Below are positions 38,600 through 51,600 of a stretch of 64,000 nucleotides of DNA, in pieces; the stretch's first letter is position 1, and each line of letters opens with the position of its first letter. The notes beneath the pieces are model-generated. The model was not told the origin of the DNA, searched no databases, and saw only the letters and a program-made list of their open reading frames with translations. Source of the stretch: Iphione sp. A-MEVVRFRX5 (taxonomy: Eukaryota); the NCBI GenBank assembly GCA_976226885.1, contig OZ320313.1:66154001-66218000 (forward strand), given 5' to 3'. Position numbers and translations under genes: made by a program.

Positions 38600-40860
38600 C
38601 CAGAATTGTTTTACTAACATGAATAACATGACACAGTTCATAGTCGAAGATAGGGTCGATGAATGACCTGAATAACCACGGACTGTCCCTGCAGAGGAGT
38701 AGGGAAGTTGCATGTGAGACCAAAACCTCTTTGTCTTGCCCTTGCGCAAATATCTTCACTAGGGGCTTCCAGGTGAGGCTGCCATCTAACTAGAAGCCAA
38801 GAAAGACTGCTTCCTCCTTTTTAGACAGCATTTTACCTCCAAGGCATAGATCTAGCTCAAGACAAGGCCCATGTCCAAATGTCATGTAAAATGTCTTGCC
38901 AGGCTTAATAACAAGAACCCTTGCTTCATACAATGTCTTTACATATGATAGGCCCTTCTGGAGTTTAAGTCTTTGGCTAAGCAGGTTTTCGGCAGTGCAG
39001 AACAACCTGATGTTGTCAGCATTAGTTGTTTTTACAATGACTAAGCTACTTAGCAGGAAATTCTTTTCAAGAGAGAAGAGCAGGGGGCTCATATGGCTAC
39101 CTTGTGGGACCCCCTGCCTTAAGGTTCCTAGAGCTGATTGGACACTATTATAGCTGACATAATGCCTGCATACTTCAAGATATGAAACCATGCAACTAGT
39201 ATTTCTTAATCCAATACTGCAATTACATAGACAATTTAGAATATGTCAGTGATTGACTACATCGAAGGCTGAGCTTAACTCAAGGAAAATAGCATCAAAG
39301 TGATTTCCCCTATTAATTGCCTTATAGCATTCTTTCATAAAGACACCCACTACAGTGGTTGTCCCCCTCCCCCTCCCTCTCCTGAACCCATGCTGTATGC
39401 TCTGAGCTTTCAAGGAATTGAGAAACTCAACAATCTTGTCCATACATGGGACAACCAAAATTGGTCTATAATTTTCTTTTCGGTTGACAGCCCTTTTTTC
39501 AGGACCTGAGTAATGTGAGAGATCTTCCAGGCTGGGAGAAAATGAGAATGATGAATGGAGATATTTAGATAGAAATAAACCTAAGAATAGGTAGACCTTG
39601 TCTTTAAGTACAATCATTGGAACACATAGGATACCTGTCAACTTTCTCTTATCTAATCCTTTTTTTCCTCAGTTCTGATTCCTTTAAAAGGGGTAGATCC
39701 TACCCATTCCTATCTGCTGGGACTTTAATCTAAGTGATTTTTTTCTGAGACTTCTTGTGAAAGTACATGTGCTTTGGTAAAAAAACATTCATTTAGTAAT
39801 GTGGAGACCTCCATTGGGTTTGTCAGTGTGTCGTCAACCTTATATCTAATGGGTAGGTGGTGTAGCTGTTTTCCCTAGCACATTCCTATTGATGACCTTC
39901 CAGTAGTCTCTAGGACACTGGCAGCTGTTTAGCCTACTCTTGATATGATTTCTCTTAGCTTTTCTTACTAGGTTGACCACTAGTGTTTTGTAGAAAACTC
40001 CAAACTTATATGAATCAATATTACCATTAACATGATGATCCAAAAGAAAGTAGCCCCTATTTTTTATTGCTTCAAGTATCACAGGGGTTACCCTATCACG
40101 TTGTTTTTTTACCCTATGTTTCCTAACCTGGCACAGTGTTTCAGTACCAAACCTCATAACTTCCTCAAGTTGTCCCCATATATGATCTACATTATCAATA
40201 GTTGGAGAAGGGAATGCCTCTGCAATTGGATTTAATAGATCTAAAGGGAAGACCTGCTATAATTTCTGTATGATCATGATTCACATACATGTACCTCAGT
40301 TGGTCTGGGTTCCCAGGGATTTTTGTTTCTTAGGAAAACTGGACTATGATCACTAACAGAAGTGTCTAATGCTCCCAAGTCAGATACATAGAACATGTTT
40401 GTAAACATGAGGTCAAAACATGATCTCGCAGTTTTATGGTGCAGTGTAGGTACAAATATGCACTGTCATAGACACGCAAAGCTCATACACTGATTGTGTT
40501 TACCTTTTGGTTGTGAATCATTCATGTCACCACAGACCAGGATGTCACATCCTGTAGGCAATTCTTTAGAGCAATTCTGAAAATAGGCACATACAACATC
40601 AATTACAGTTGGGGGTGTGCAATAACGTACACACAAGTAAAGAGGATTATGGTAAGGACTAAGTATTTTCAACCATAGTATTTTAATATAGTCCGTCGTT
40701 GAGTCAAGTTCAGTCTTCACCTTACAGGAATTATCAACATAGGCCCAGATGCCACCTCCTTTAGACTTAGTGGCTGAGAACCTGTCTTTCCTATATAGTT
40801 GATAAAATGTGAACATCAATTGACACATCGCCATACTGTCATGTAGCCACATCCACTCAT
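38600..40860 (-). mobile_element. Decayed LINE (CR1/L2-like clade) ORF2 relic: APE endonuclease plus RT
   Basis: Endonuclease motifs (YRKDR..KGGG, ILVCGDMN; ORF 40466-40852); RT motifs (NYRPI, QHGFR, AIFLELSSAFDVVNH; ORF 39246-39641); QGVPQGS..SPLLF (ORF 38790-39191). Heavily frameshifted. Confidence 0.85.
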
Positions 40861-41281
40861 CACAATGTGAGAGTCATACTTTCAGTACAGTCACATACAA
40901 TATTCAAAATTTAAAAAAAAAAGTTTCTAGTCATAGTATTAGTGTACTGCACTTTCTCAGATACTTTGAAAATAAATATAGATGCTTCAGCATGTTCTGA
41001 ATAGATATGATGTCTATACATTAACATAACCACATAATAACATGTGACAGTCATAATTATAATACTGTCACACGTGAGCGACAGTGTCGCTCAAATGTCG
41101 TCTGCATTGATTGGTTACACTAGTCATGTGACAAAATAGCATAATGTCATTGGCTATGGAACACTTTGATTGACAGATATCATGACCGTAAAACATGTCA
41201 TCCTGTCACACAGTGATGTGTCAATTGATCCATGATTTATGAAATGATTTAACAGACTCCCTGCCCCCCCCAAAAGCATAT

Positions 41282-41679
41282 TGTAGTGTGTGCATGTATT
41301 TTGTGAGTGATCTGGCTTGGGGTAATCCGTTTCAGGTGATCCGCCTAAGGTGATCTGTTTCAAGTTTGTATTGTGCAGACAGGTATTGTGTTATCTATGG
41401 CACAACAGGAGTTGGTATTAAGCAATCTCCTCCAGACCAGACATATGTCTAGACAATACATATATTTTTAGCTACTGTTATGTAATCTGTGTGGTATTGT
41501 GCAACACTGGAGTATATAAGTAAACATGTTTTCCTGAATAAATAGACCGTTTCTCCTTGCAGACACAAGAAAAATCACCCCATGCACAACTACTTTTAGT
41601 GTATTTGGAATGAACCAGATTCTTTATTTTTGTTACCTGTTTGCCTGTTCACTTGTCAGCACTCTCTTAGACACACACA
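41282..41679 (+). mobile_element. Solo LTR, family A copy 2
   Basis: TG...CA termini; ATAT TSD at 41278-41281 and 41680-41683; TATATAA at ~41513 and AATAAA at 41537. Confidence 0.85.
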
Positions 41680-44307
41680 ATATGCACTCAGTAAAGTATA
41701 AGATACTGTCCACATGCACATCCTCACACTTATGGATCTGCTAACTTGACCGCCATAGGATAAGATCAGATAAGAATTTATTCATCCTAATTTTGCCTCA
41801 AAAAGGTGTTTTTTCAAGTTGGTATGTACATCACAGCATACAGTATAACAATGAAAGCATGCAAATGAGAAAGTATTTTTATATTACATTTCATTGTGGC
41901 AGTTATCTTCTTATTGAATGTCATATGGTATTCAATTATCTTACATTTCTAGATAGCATTTTAAAACTGCTTCATTGAGTGAATTCCTCTAAAAATGGGA
42001 AAGCTTGCTTGATAGTGCACATACTTTTTGATCATTTCAGTTTTAGGTTTTGGTAGATATTCCAAGTCAGCGTCAAAATCAGGACAACGTAATTAGCGCA
42101 AATACTTCATATACATCCTAATATAATGGTTGTCTCCTGCACCGTGGTTTCAGTTGGTACATTTACCATTTTTTTACAGTTACGGGTGTGCATTCTTGAT
42201 GGCTTGGATGTTGATTCAACGAATATCAGCTCTCAACATGGCTAACAGGGCACACTTTGTCTATTCTTTTGAAAACGTGTACCTGGGGGGCTCTTCACAA
42301 ATCCCAGGGCAGAAAACTCTGACTTTTTAATGGCAACAGAACTATCATCATGGACAGGTACATGTGAATCCAGCCAAACTCTGCACCTTCCACGCATGAA
42401 TATCACTGAGCCATATGTACTGACTTCAGTCTAGATACCTACTGCATTCTTATTCCTAACTGCTTTTGATATTAAGTATTAATATCTTGTCAATCTATGT
42501 CCTCCTTACCAATAAACACCCTGCGCTCTTTCTACTCTCAACTATATACTCTTGAATAATGCACTACAATCCATCTTATATTTCAGTTTTCACTTTGCAT
42601 GGTAGCATAGCTGTCCATAAATAGTCATATATATGCTCCCTTCTATATTGTGCAAACCGTCCGCTAGGACGACGTTATTGTAAATAATTGATTAATTGTG
42701 TCTTTTTCCAGACGACAAGGCGGGGAAACATTTCTAAGTTTCATCAGAGGCTTAAAGAGCCTCCCTATCGTGTAATCAGAATAGCCATCTTTCGGCATCA
42801 CCTCCTGAGATTCAGTCGTCTGTTATAACCTCGCTGCTAGACTAAGTGCACGTAATGGATGTATCAATATAGCCACACTCTAGTAACGGTGACTGCCTAA
42901 ATACAAAAGGCAGCACAACAGTTAGCTGAGAAAGAAAAGCTGGAAACATCAGATCCTCCTCACGTTCCATCCGTCTCTCAGTTTCACCCAGTTTCTATGG
43001 TTCAGACAGTTCCTTGAATGCGGACCCAGTGAATTCCAACAGACAGATTTCGTAAGTTCAGTGCAAATAGTTTGTGCTACCGGCGGTGGCAAGTGGTGTC
43101 TCGATCAGCCGCTAGGGATTGCCGGTTAACTGTATGCCTGAGGTCGATAGGCAAATAGAGATGGGTACATACTTTCAGTAGTGAATGTAGAGACAGGTAG
43201 CTACACACCCCCACCCTCCAATCTCGACCACAACCCTCCCCCACCTAGCTTTTCACTAAGGTTGAAGTGTTCCCCCTGGGCCCACGGTGGCCCCGATTTT
43301 GTGCCGCCTGAGCTCCCAAACTTGGCCCACGCCGACGCGCTTCAGCAAGTACGTCTGTAGATGTATGTGTGTATGAGTGAAGTAAGGTCGATGTGGACAT
43401 TCGCTAAGTATATCTGTGGTACTAGAGAGGTTGCTTAGAAGACGTACGTATAATTAAAAGTAGAAAATTAATGTGTTTCTACAAACATTTTACTACGCCT
43501 ACGCATCTCAAAATTGGAATGTACGCTTTTGATGTGTCGTTAACTAATAAATTACATTAACGTAATAAGTCCACGTGGACAAAAAATTTGTCATGAATAA
43601 TAAGTGATCCTCGTTGGTATCAATACTTTGGTAAGTTTTTTTTATTCAGCTAGTGGATAGCACTTCAAATGATGACGCCACACAGAATACATGTATATGT
43701 ATATGTATACACGTCAAGTCGATTCTTTTTCATACTCAATTACTGAACGGTAAATGCCACGAAATGGAGAGTTCCGTTTAATCCCGCTCAGGCCGTCTTA
43801 TATTGGCAATCTTAAAACATGAAATCATAACAAAGGGGCGATGAGAATCGTCCTCATTTCGGGTCTGTATCTCATAGGCATTTGGCAATTAAACCACAGT
43901 CAATTCCGAATGTGGAATTATTATATTACGAGGGAATTCTCAGACGGACCTGATAAGGTATACATGTAGTTGCAGTATGGTAAATGCTCCTTTCCCTCTT
44001 CTGATGATCCATGTAAACGTGCCTTTCCCCGTGAACCGCCCAAAAAGGCCTCGTCGTGTCGCCGTACCTATGTGTGGGCATGCAGCATGTTTGTAAGGTA
44101 TCATTCCCATCGATAACCATAGTTCTCACTAAAAACATGCATTCATGGATGTGAAAACAAAGCACAATGGGATACAGTAAAATAGGGCCATTTCAACACT
44201 GCTTGGTTCCAAATGATTATGCCTGCCATTGCGACGGTGGTGGAAGGGTGATGGATCTGTCACCAAGGGATACTAACCAATATCTCTGGTGAAAGAGTTG
44301 GACAGCT

Positions 44308-44463
44308 GAGGACGGGTAACATTTGACGAGGTGTGGAGACACCTAAGGGTGGCAGGAGGATGGCTGAGGACAGGGGTAGCATCTGAAGCGGTATGGAGAC
44401 ATCTAAGGTTGGCGGGATGGTGGAGGACAGGGTAGCACCTGAGGAGGTGTGGAAAGGTCTGAA
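44308..44463. repeat. About 57-bp tandem repeat, roughly 2.7 copies
   Basis: Unit GAGGAC(A)GGGTA(A/G)CA..TGA..GGT(G/A)TGGAGACA(C/T)CTAAGG. Confidence 0.75.
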
Positions 44464-44538
44464 GATGTGCAGTCAATGGATGTTGCAATGTGAGGGTATC
44501 CCTTTTGCTACCTTGATTTATGCCTGCAATACTGTACT

Positions 44539-44911
44539 AATTGACCGTTCGCCTTTTTACGTCATCATGACGTAAAAGTACGTTATTTGCACTTGCGGTA
44601 AAATTTACGTCATTTACATCGCGAGATCGCGGGAAGACTTTACAAGGCTGTAACGTCGTTGTGAGTAAAGATAGAAAGACAATCTTTATACCAATGGCTT
44701 CCTTAGATCATTGGCTTTAATTTGATATAAATTTAATTAAGATCTGACTACTAGAAGTTGGTGTTTGGTGATTGGAAAGACATCCCCTACCTAGATTTTT
44801 TAGGAGCGGGCATGTGGGTAGTCGTAGTTCAACCTCTGATCTGTCGTAGTCTCTTTACCAGTTACACCCATTGTAATTTACCTAACGACGTAAAAAGGCG
44901 AACGGTCAATT
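44539..44911. mobile_element. MITE with 25-bp perfect TIRs
   Basis: AATTGACCGTTCGCCTTTTTACGTC (44539-44563) is the exact reverse complement of 44887-44911. Confidence 0.8.
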
Positions 44912-45554
44912 GTGTTGCATGGTATTGTGTCTGGAAGAGTGAGGATGGTGGAATAACGAGGTGATGGACTAGAGAGGTTTTACTGTACTTCCCCATTTTA
45001 AAACATGCTACATGCACACATGTAGAGACACTCCTGTTCTGTTCCTATGTACCCAAAAACCAGCATAAAAACACATTGTCATAGCTATGAAATCACGCAC
45101 ACATGGAGATGTGCCTTATATTGTTTTTAGGTGCTCTTAACTGCTTGAGATTATGTTGGTCATATAGCTAGATGGCCTATGCTAATTTCGGTGCTGACAG
45201 AATAACGTACAGAGCACTGCCGTAAATGCATTAAAAACAGTTCATACCCAAATTACAAAACACCTTGTTTTGCATTTGTCCTATTTGAATAGCAATGTAA
45301 TTGTGTACTTTCAAATCATTCGTGGTTGAAGACAATACAATGCAATAAATTAGGCTAATAACATGAACAGTAAATTATCATAGTGAACGTTTCATACACT
45401 GTGACCGAACACAACACAAACAACTTATTTTTTCGGCCCAGTAAAAGCAATGTCAAATAGTAGTTCAGTGGAAGAACTTGAATTAATCTCAGTATATACA
45501 ATTAGAGCAATTACAGGTAAGGACAACAGACTGAGAAAGAAAGAGGGGGTGGTG

Positions 45555-45556
<2 letters not shown>

Positions 45557-45587
<31 letters not shown>

Positions 45588-45620
45588 CACACAAACACAC
45601 ACACACAGACCCACACACAG
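45557..45620. repeat. (CA)n microsatellite downstream of the zinc-finger gene stop
   Basis: CA dinucleotide run. Confidence 0.9.
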
Positions 45621-45689
45621 AGGAAAAGACCAAACCAGACCAGGAGACAGAATGAGATGGAGTCTGCTTATAGTGTGGACATTTCACTC

Positions 45690-48600
45690 TCATGAAGCAT
45701 GAGTGACTTCAACGTCTTTCGCAGGTTCCTCAACGAATCCTTCAACCATAATCTGCACCTCAGTCGTGTCGTCGTCTTGTGTCAGAACCGCTGCCTGCGC
45801 CAAGCCCTCAATGTTATCTGGCAGAGCGGCCTCCCCTGAAACCACTACAGTCCTCTCTTCTATCACATGCATGTCAGCACCCTGGAGAACTGAAATGGTT
45901 TCCTCCACCAAGTCCTCTGACTGATGGGTGATTTGTTGCACCACTCGACCGTCATCAAGCCTGACCAAGCCCTCAGCGAGGGCCTCGACAACAGTACCAT
46001 GGTGAATTGTGGAGAGATTCTCATCACCATTGCTTTCGTTCTGGGGTTCTGCTGGGCCCTGCACTTCCTGGAAGTGAGTGATACCCTCTTGTAAGACTTG
46101 CACGGTGTTCTCGGAGTCAATATGCACACCTGCCTCTTCCTCTATCGGCTCTGTGCTGTCAATGTGCTCGACCTGGCCTTCTGTTCCATCGATTTGAACC
46201 TGCACCAGCTGCCCTTCCATGAGCTGCTCACTGACGAGCTCCTCAGGACTGATCCCCTCACCACCACCAAGCTGCTGTTGCTCAGCCGTGTCTAATTGCT
46301 CAGCTGTCTCGACCACCAATGTCACCGACTCGCCATGTTCTACCATGACATGCTCGTTGATCTCCTGTGCTGTCACAAACAACTTCTGACACATGCCGCA
46401 CATGAAAGTGACGGTGTTGCCCTCACTGTCCTGAGGGGTACTGTTGGCTGCCTCCACATCAGCTCCAAGACGTGCCAGGTCCTCACTGCTGATCACAGTG
46501 CCCTGCGCATCCTCAACCTGCAAGCACAATGAGGAAAATGCGCTAAGTTACGGTTGACATATAAAAAAAATATCAGACACTACGTGCCATAAGGCCAAGC
46601 AACGAGGATTGCATCTGATTATTAAATTTAATTTTGGAGCAAACTTTCGTTCGTGTGCTTTATAAAAGAAATGGTGGTCGCCGATTCACAGTGACTGGGG
46701 CAGCAACAAATCCGACCAGAATAGGGACGGACTGACCTGCAGCTCCCACTGCCAACACCATTTCGAGAAATCAACCAGAGTGGTAAAATACCAAGTATAG
46801 TAATTACCTGGATGTAGATCTCTTCCGTTTGTCCATTGAGTTTGACGTAACTAGTCCCTTGTGGCCCTCCCGTCTCCGGGACGGGGTCTCCGCCATTTCC
46901 ACGCTCCGCCGCCGCCGCCGCCGCTGCTGCCGCCGCCGAGAAGAGCGCCATGCGGCAGCGGTGCTTCTTGAGCGTGGCGCGCTGCGTGAAGGCCTTGCCG
47001 CAAGTCTCACAGGCATGGCGGCTCTGGCGCGTGTGAGTGATCATGTGCGTGGTCAGCTTATAGCGGAATTTGAACGCTTTGTGGCAGACAGTGCAGCGGA
47101 ACGGTCGTTCGTCTGTGTGTTTATTCACGGTGTGGTTCGTAACTGAAACATGAAGAGTACACAACGATAATTTTCTCTAGTCCAAACACTAAGATAATTA
47201 TCGTGACCTGCCGGAAATTCAGATAAGATTGGCGCTCTTTCCACTCCTCCCTGTATTTCTTCCCCTCTATCCCTCCTTCCTTTTATTACTCACTGTCCAT
47301 CTCTTTCATCTACACTGTGTTATATGTTGCATACAGATTAGCAGGCATACTACATGTGTGTACATTTCCTCTTCTCTGCCTTTCACTGTTTATTTGTTCA
47401 GCAAATCTCTGTTTCCCTCTCCTGTGCTGTTTCCTCTAAATTTAGTGGGAAAATACGTCTACTTCGAGAGGATGAAAACGTTTAGTTTACCACAGGCCTT
47501 GCTTCAAAGTTTTTTTTATACATGTGATTGATAAAACACACAGCATAGACGTGACGGTAAGAGCCTAGTTACAAGGAATATTGGGGAGATACTGTCCAGG
47601 GTGTACCTAGAAGTACCATTATGTCCTACTAAACAAAGCAACCTGCATGTCGCTCCTGCTACATCGCATCTCTAGTCGCATCTCTGGTTACCTCTTTAAG
47701 TATGTCAACACCACTACTATGTCCTAATTTTATGGTCACCTTTTCGTAATAGGTACTGAATAAACTCTGTCCTCGTCGTGGACTGTTCTGATTCTAAACA
47801 TGAGATAAAGTTCCGCGTTGGACAAAACCGTACTGATGGCTATTCTGCCCTGAAGGGGATTTACTACACAATGCAATGTAACAAATACTTTTACCAAACC
47901 AAAAGTGTTCTAAAATGATCGAGGCAGTCACTATAACATTGACCATTTTAAAAATAATGTATTAAAGGCTTCTGACACATGGGGCACAGCCATTGTGCTA
48001 CAGGACTAAATGGCATGAAGTTAAAAATAGCACATGGGGCACAGCCGCTCTGCTACAGGACTTGATGTCATTAAAAGGCACATGGGGCACAGCCACTGTT
48101 TGTAATAAGGACATGTTTTTCTTATAAACCCATATGTTGTGCTATTACTCTTTTTTCATTTTTACATTTTTCATTTCGTTAATGTTTCACTATATCTACA
48201 CATACATAACATCAACCAATCCCCAATTGCCAATAAGGTAAAGAGAATTGTTAGCTGGACGTACATACGATTTTGTATAATCTGTCCAGAATAAATGACG
48301 TATTTAAAAAAAGAATACCTGGGCAAAATTCAAGATCTTCCTGGCCTATATTTTTACCTAAAGTAAGAACAGAAAAGTCTCATTTGGTTACTGTGGTATG
48401 ATAGAGCGTACTTATGGCCAGTGCGTCTCTATCTAAACGACATGATGGCCATCTCAATGAGAAGGATCCTTGTAGTTACACGTCAATTTACTCACCGTAT
48501 ATAGGCATATGAAATGTATAGATAACAAAAAAAGATTTCCCTTTTTCTTATGCAGTCTGTCGTGGCTATCAACACAAAGTCTAGTACTGTGCTTACGTTC

Positions 48601-51600
48601 AGAGCTCCAAGCGAAACCTTTCTGGCAGATTTTGCACTTGTAAGGCCGGTTGCCAGTGTGTGTGTTTTCATGCTGCTGCAACTTGGTCTGGTCCTTGAAG
48701 CGGCTTTGACAGTAGCTGCACTGGAATTGCTTGGCTGCTTCTCGCTGCTCCTGAGGTTGGTGGACTTCCCTGCAATGGACGATACTTTATGTCCATGAAT
48801 AAATTCATACAGGAGAGGGAATATGTTATGTCTTCAAAAACACGTTCCACAGCTATGTGAGAAAAGTACGCAAAATTGTGTGCCGTTATCAGATGTAATC
48901 ATGTCTCATATGTACATAAAGACATTACAACGAAGATCGATACGAAATGTAGTATATATAATGTAAGATAACTCAAGGAAAGGAAAGTTTCTCAAAACGC
49001 CACAGCTGACTCGTAGCAGCACTCACATATGTTGCTTCATCCTAATCTTTTCAAAGAAACCTCGGTTGCAAATGGAGCAGAAGAACTTCTTCTCCTTGAG
49101 GTGCATCCTCTTGACGTGGGTCAGCATGAAGCGGCGCACAGAGAAGGTCTTTTCACAATGGGGACATTTGAAACTTTGGGGGGTCTCTGCGTGCTTGTTC
49201 TTCATGTGATTCTGTATATATGCAAAAAAAACATAAAAAAACAACAAAAGAATTCAGAGAGTGATAAAAAGGAACGTGAAGAAAACCCTCACTGACAACA
49301 AATAGCAAGTGCCTCAGTATGTACATGTTAAGCATGAATGCGAAATAATGATAAAAAATAAAAGTGATGAAGGCAAAGCCTCTCTGAAGTGACGTGATTG
49401 TGGATAAGTTGCAATTAATTCATTTGATAATGAAGGACACGAATACCGCAGTACATCAATATTTTAATCCACTTTTGAGTAAGTCCCTTAGGAAAATATT
49501 ACGCAATTTCTCTAACTTCTTCATATACGTGTATAACCAAACATTCAACAGTTTATTCCACATCCGCACCAACCCACTGCTCATTCACCTACCCATTACT
49601 TGAATATTACCTGCTTGGCCGACTTGTAGGAGAACGTCTGGCCGCACAGTTCACAGGAGAACCTCTTGGGTCCATGTTTGATGAGCAGGTGGTTCTTCAT
49701 CTCGAACCGCTTCCAAGTCTCAAAGCCGCACAGGTGGCACTTGAGAGTGACCCGGTTGTGAGTCTTCATGTGCTGGTGATACCAGGAGAGGCGCACGCTC
49801 TGCCCACACACCTCGCACTCACAGCGTGTCACGTCGGGCGGCAGCTGAAGATCAGACTTCTTTCTCCGCCGACCCTACAAGTAGCACAACGAACAGGCAT
49901 CTGTGGTCAGTTCATATGTACATACATGTACTGGGACTGCAGGATTCTGGACTTTCCTCGTAGTTTAACTTTACCTTGTGATTTGGTGGATGAAACACAC
50001 AACAAATATGATGAAGAGGTGGTCACACCTCGAATGCATTGAAAGATGTAGGTTACATAGACAATCTCCCAGCCATTTTGATACCGTTTTCCTGAGTTGC
50101 CATTACCATCTTTATTCAATATTATATCTGTGTATGCTGCATAGTAACCCTTATCAAAAAGGAATTATCCTTATTTGTACTTTCTTTTCACTCCTATTTG
50201 GTACATCTACGATACATGTTGAAAAAAATGTACATGGTCTTTGTATTCAATGTACAGTGGAGTCTTGATTACCTCTGCAATTTCCGACCAAATGGGCTAT
50301 TACGACCATTTGAGCTGGGAACAGAAATTTTGTCTATACATAACCTACATGACTGATTATGGATAACCGACCATATCGATTTTCGAATTTTCACCCTACA
50401 ACCTATCAATAAGAGATCAATTCTAGTTTATTTTTACTATTGATTTGCGACTGTCAACAGCTATTTTCGGACGAATTTGACTGAGTTTTGCCGATTATCG
50501 GACGAATTTGGCTGAGTTTTGCCAATTTTCAGATGAATTTGCTGGAGTTTTCATTGGTTTTTGGTTTAATTTGTACATTTATTTGCTTTGTAGAGAGAGA
50601 GAGGGAGAAAGGGATATTGTTTTCAGCTCTGACCCCCTACTCAAGCAATTTCCGACCAAACTTGCATTTTGTGTCAGATCCTACCACTGGTCGGAAATAG
50701 AGACGCCACTGTATTTAGATTAGAACCATATCAAGGCACCTGAGTTGACAACATAAACCAACCTTAGGGGGGCATACATATAGATTCCTATGGACGGATC
50801 GGAAGTGGTGCTGTAGAGTCCTCTGGTTATCAAATGTGATATCGCAGTGGCGGCATGATAAAATAGTTGGGTGTTTGAGAGCAACGTGAGCTTTCAGCTC
50901 AGTTGCCGAACCCTTATAGTCGCATGAGCCACACACACAGTTCTGTGATAACTCTGCAACAAAAGTTTCCATACATCTGTCATAAAGAACGCTGAAGACA
51001 AAATACTGGTACAAAAGCCAAAGGCATCTAGTGTATGAAGACGGAATTGATTGATCGCCAAAATTCCTTTACAAATCACCAGATGATGTAACAACAATTA
51101 GACTGACTGTGTTTGCTTTTTGGTGACATCCAGGGATCACTTTTCACTTGATTATGTCAACGTGACATTTTCAGTGCTACTGCTCACAGGTATCAAGCTA
51201 ATCACCAAAATTTTACAATATATACGTAACAAAATATGTAAGTACGCTAAATTGGAATAGAATCCATCAAAACAATACCGACAAGCTGGTGTTCAAACTT
51301 TTGAATGTGTGGACATTTCAGCCATTTTCTTTTTGACTTTTGTTGTGCTGCTCTATTATGATGTCATAAATGGTAAACAAAATTATTCTACAATACCAGT
51401 TTTAACAATACCTCGGCGATAGGTCCATTGTTTCTAAAATTCAAAATTAAACATCTACTACAGATACAGAATGGTATAATTATATCAAACCTACCATCTG
51501 TGTTCACATCTTTGATGCCTTCCCAGGAGGCATCGTGTTTTACATAGTGTCGGGCTAGGTCCATGAGGTCACCCAGTTCAAAGGGACACTGAGGACACTG

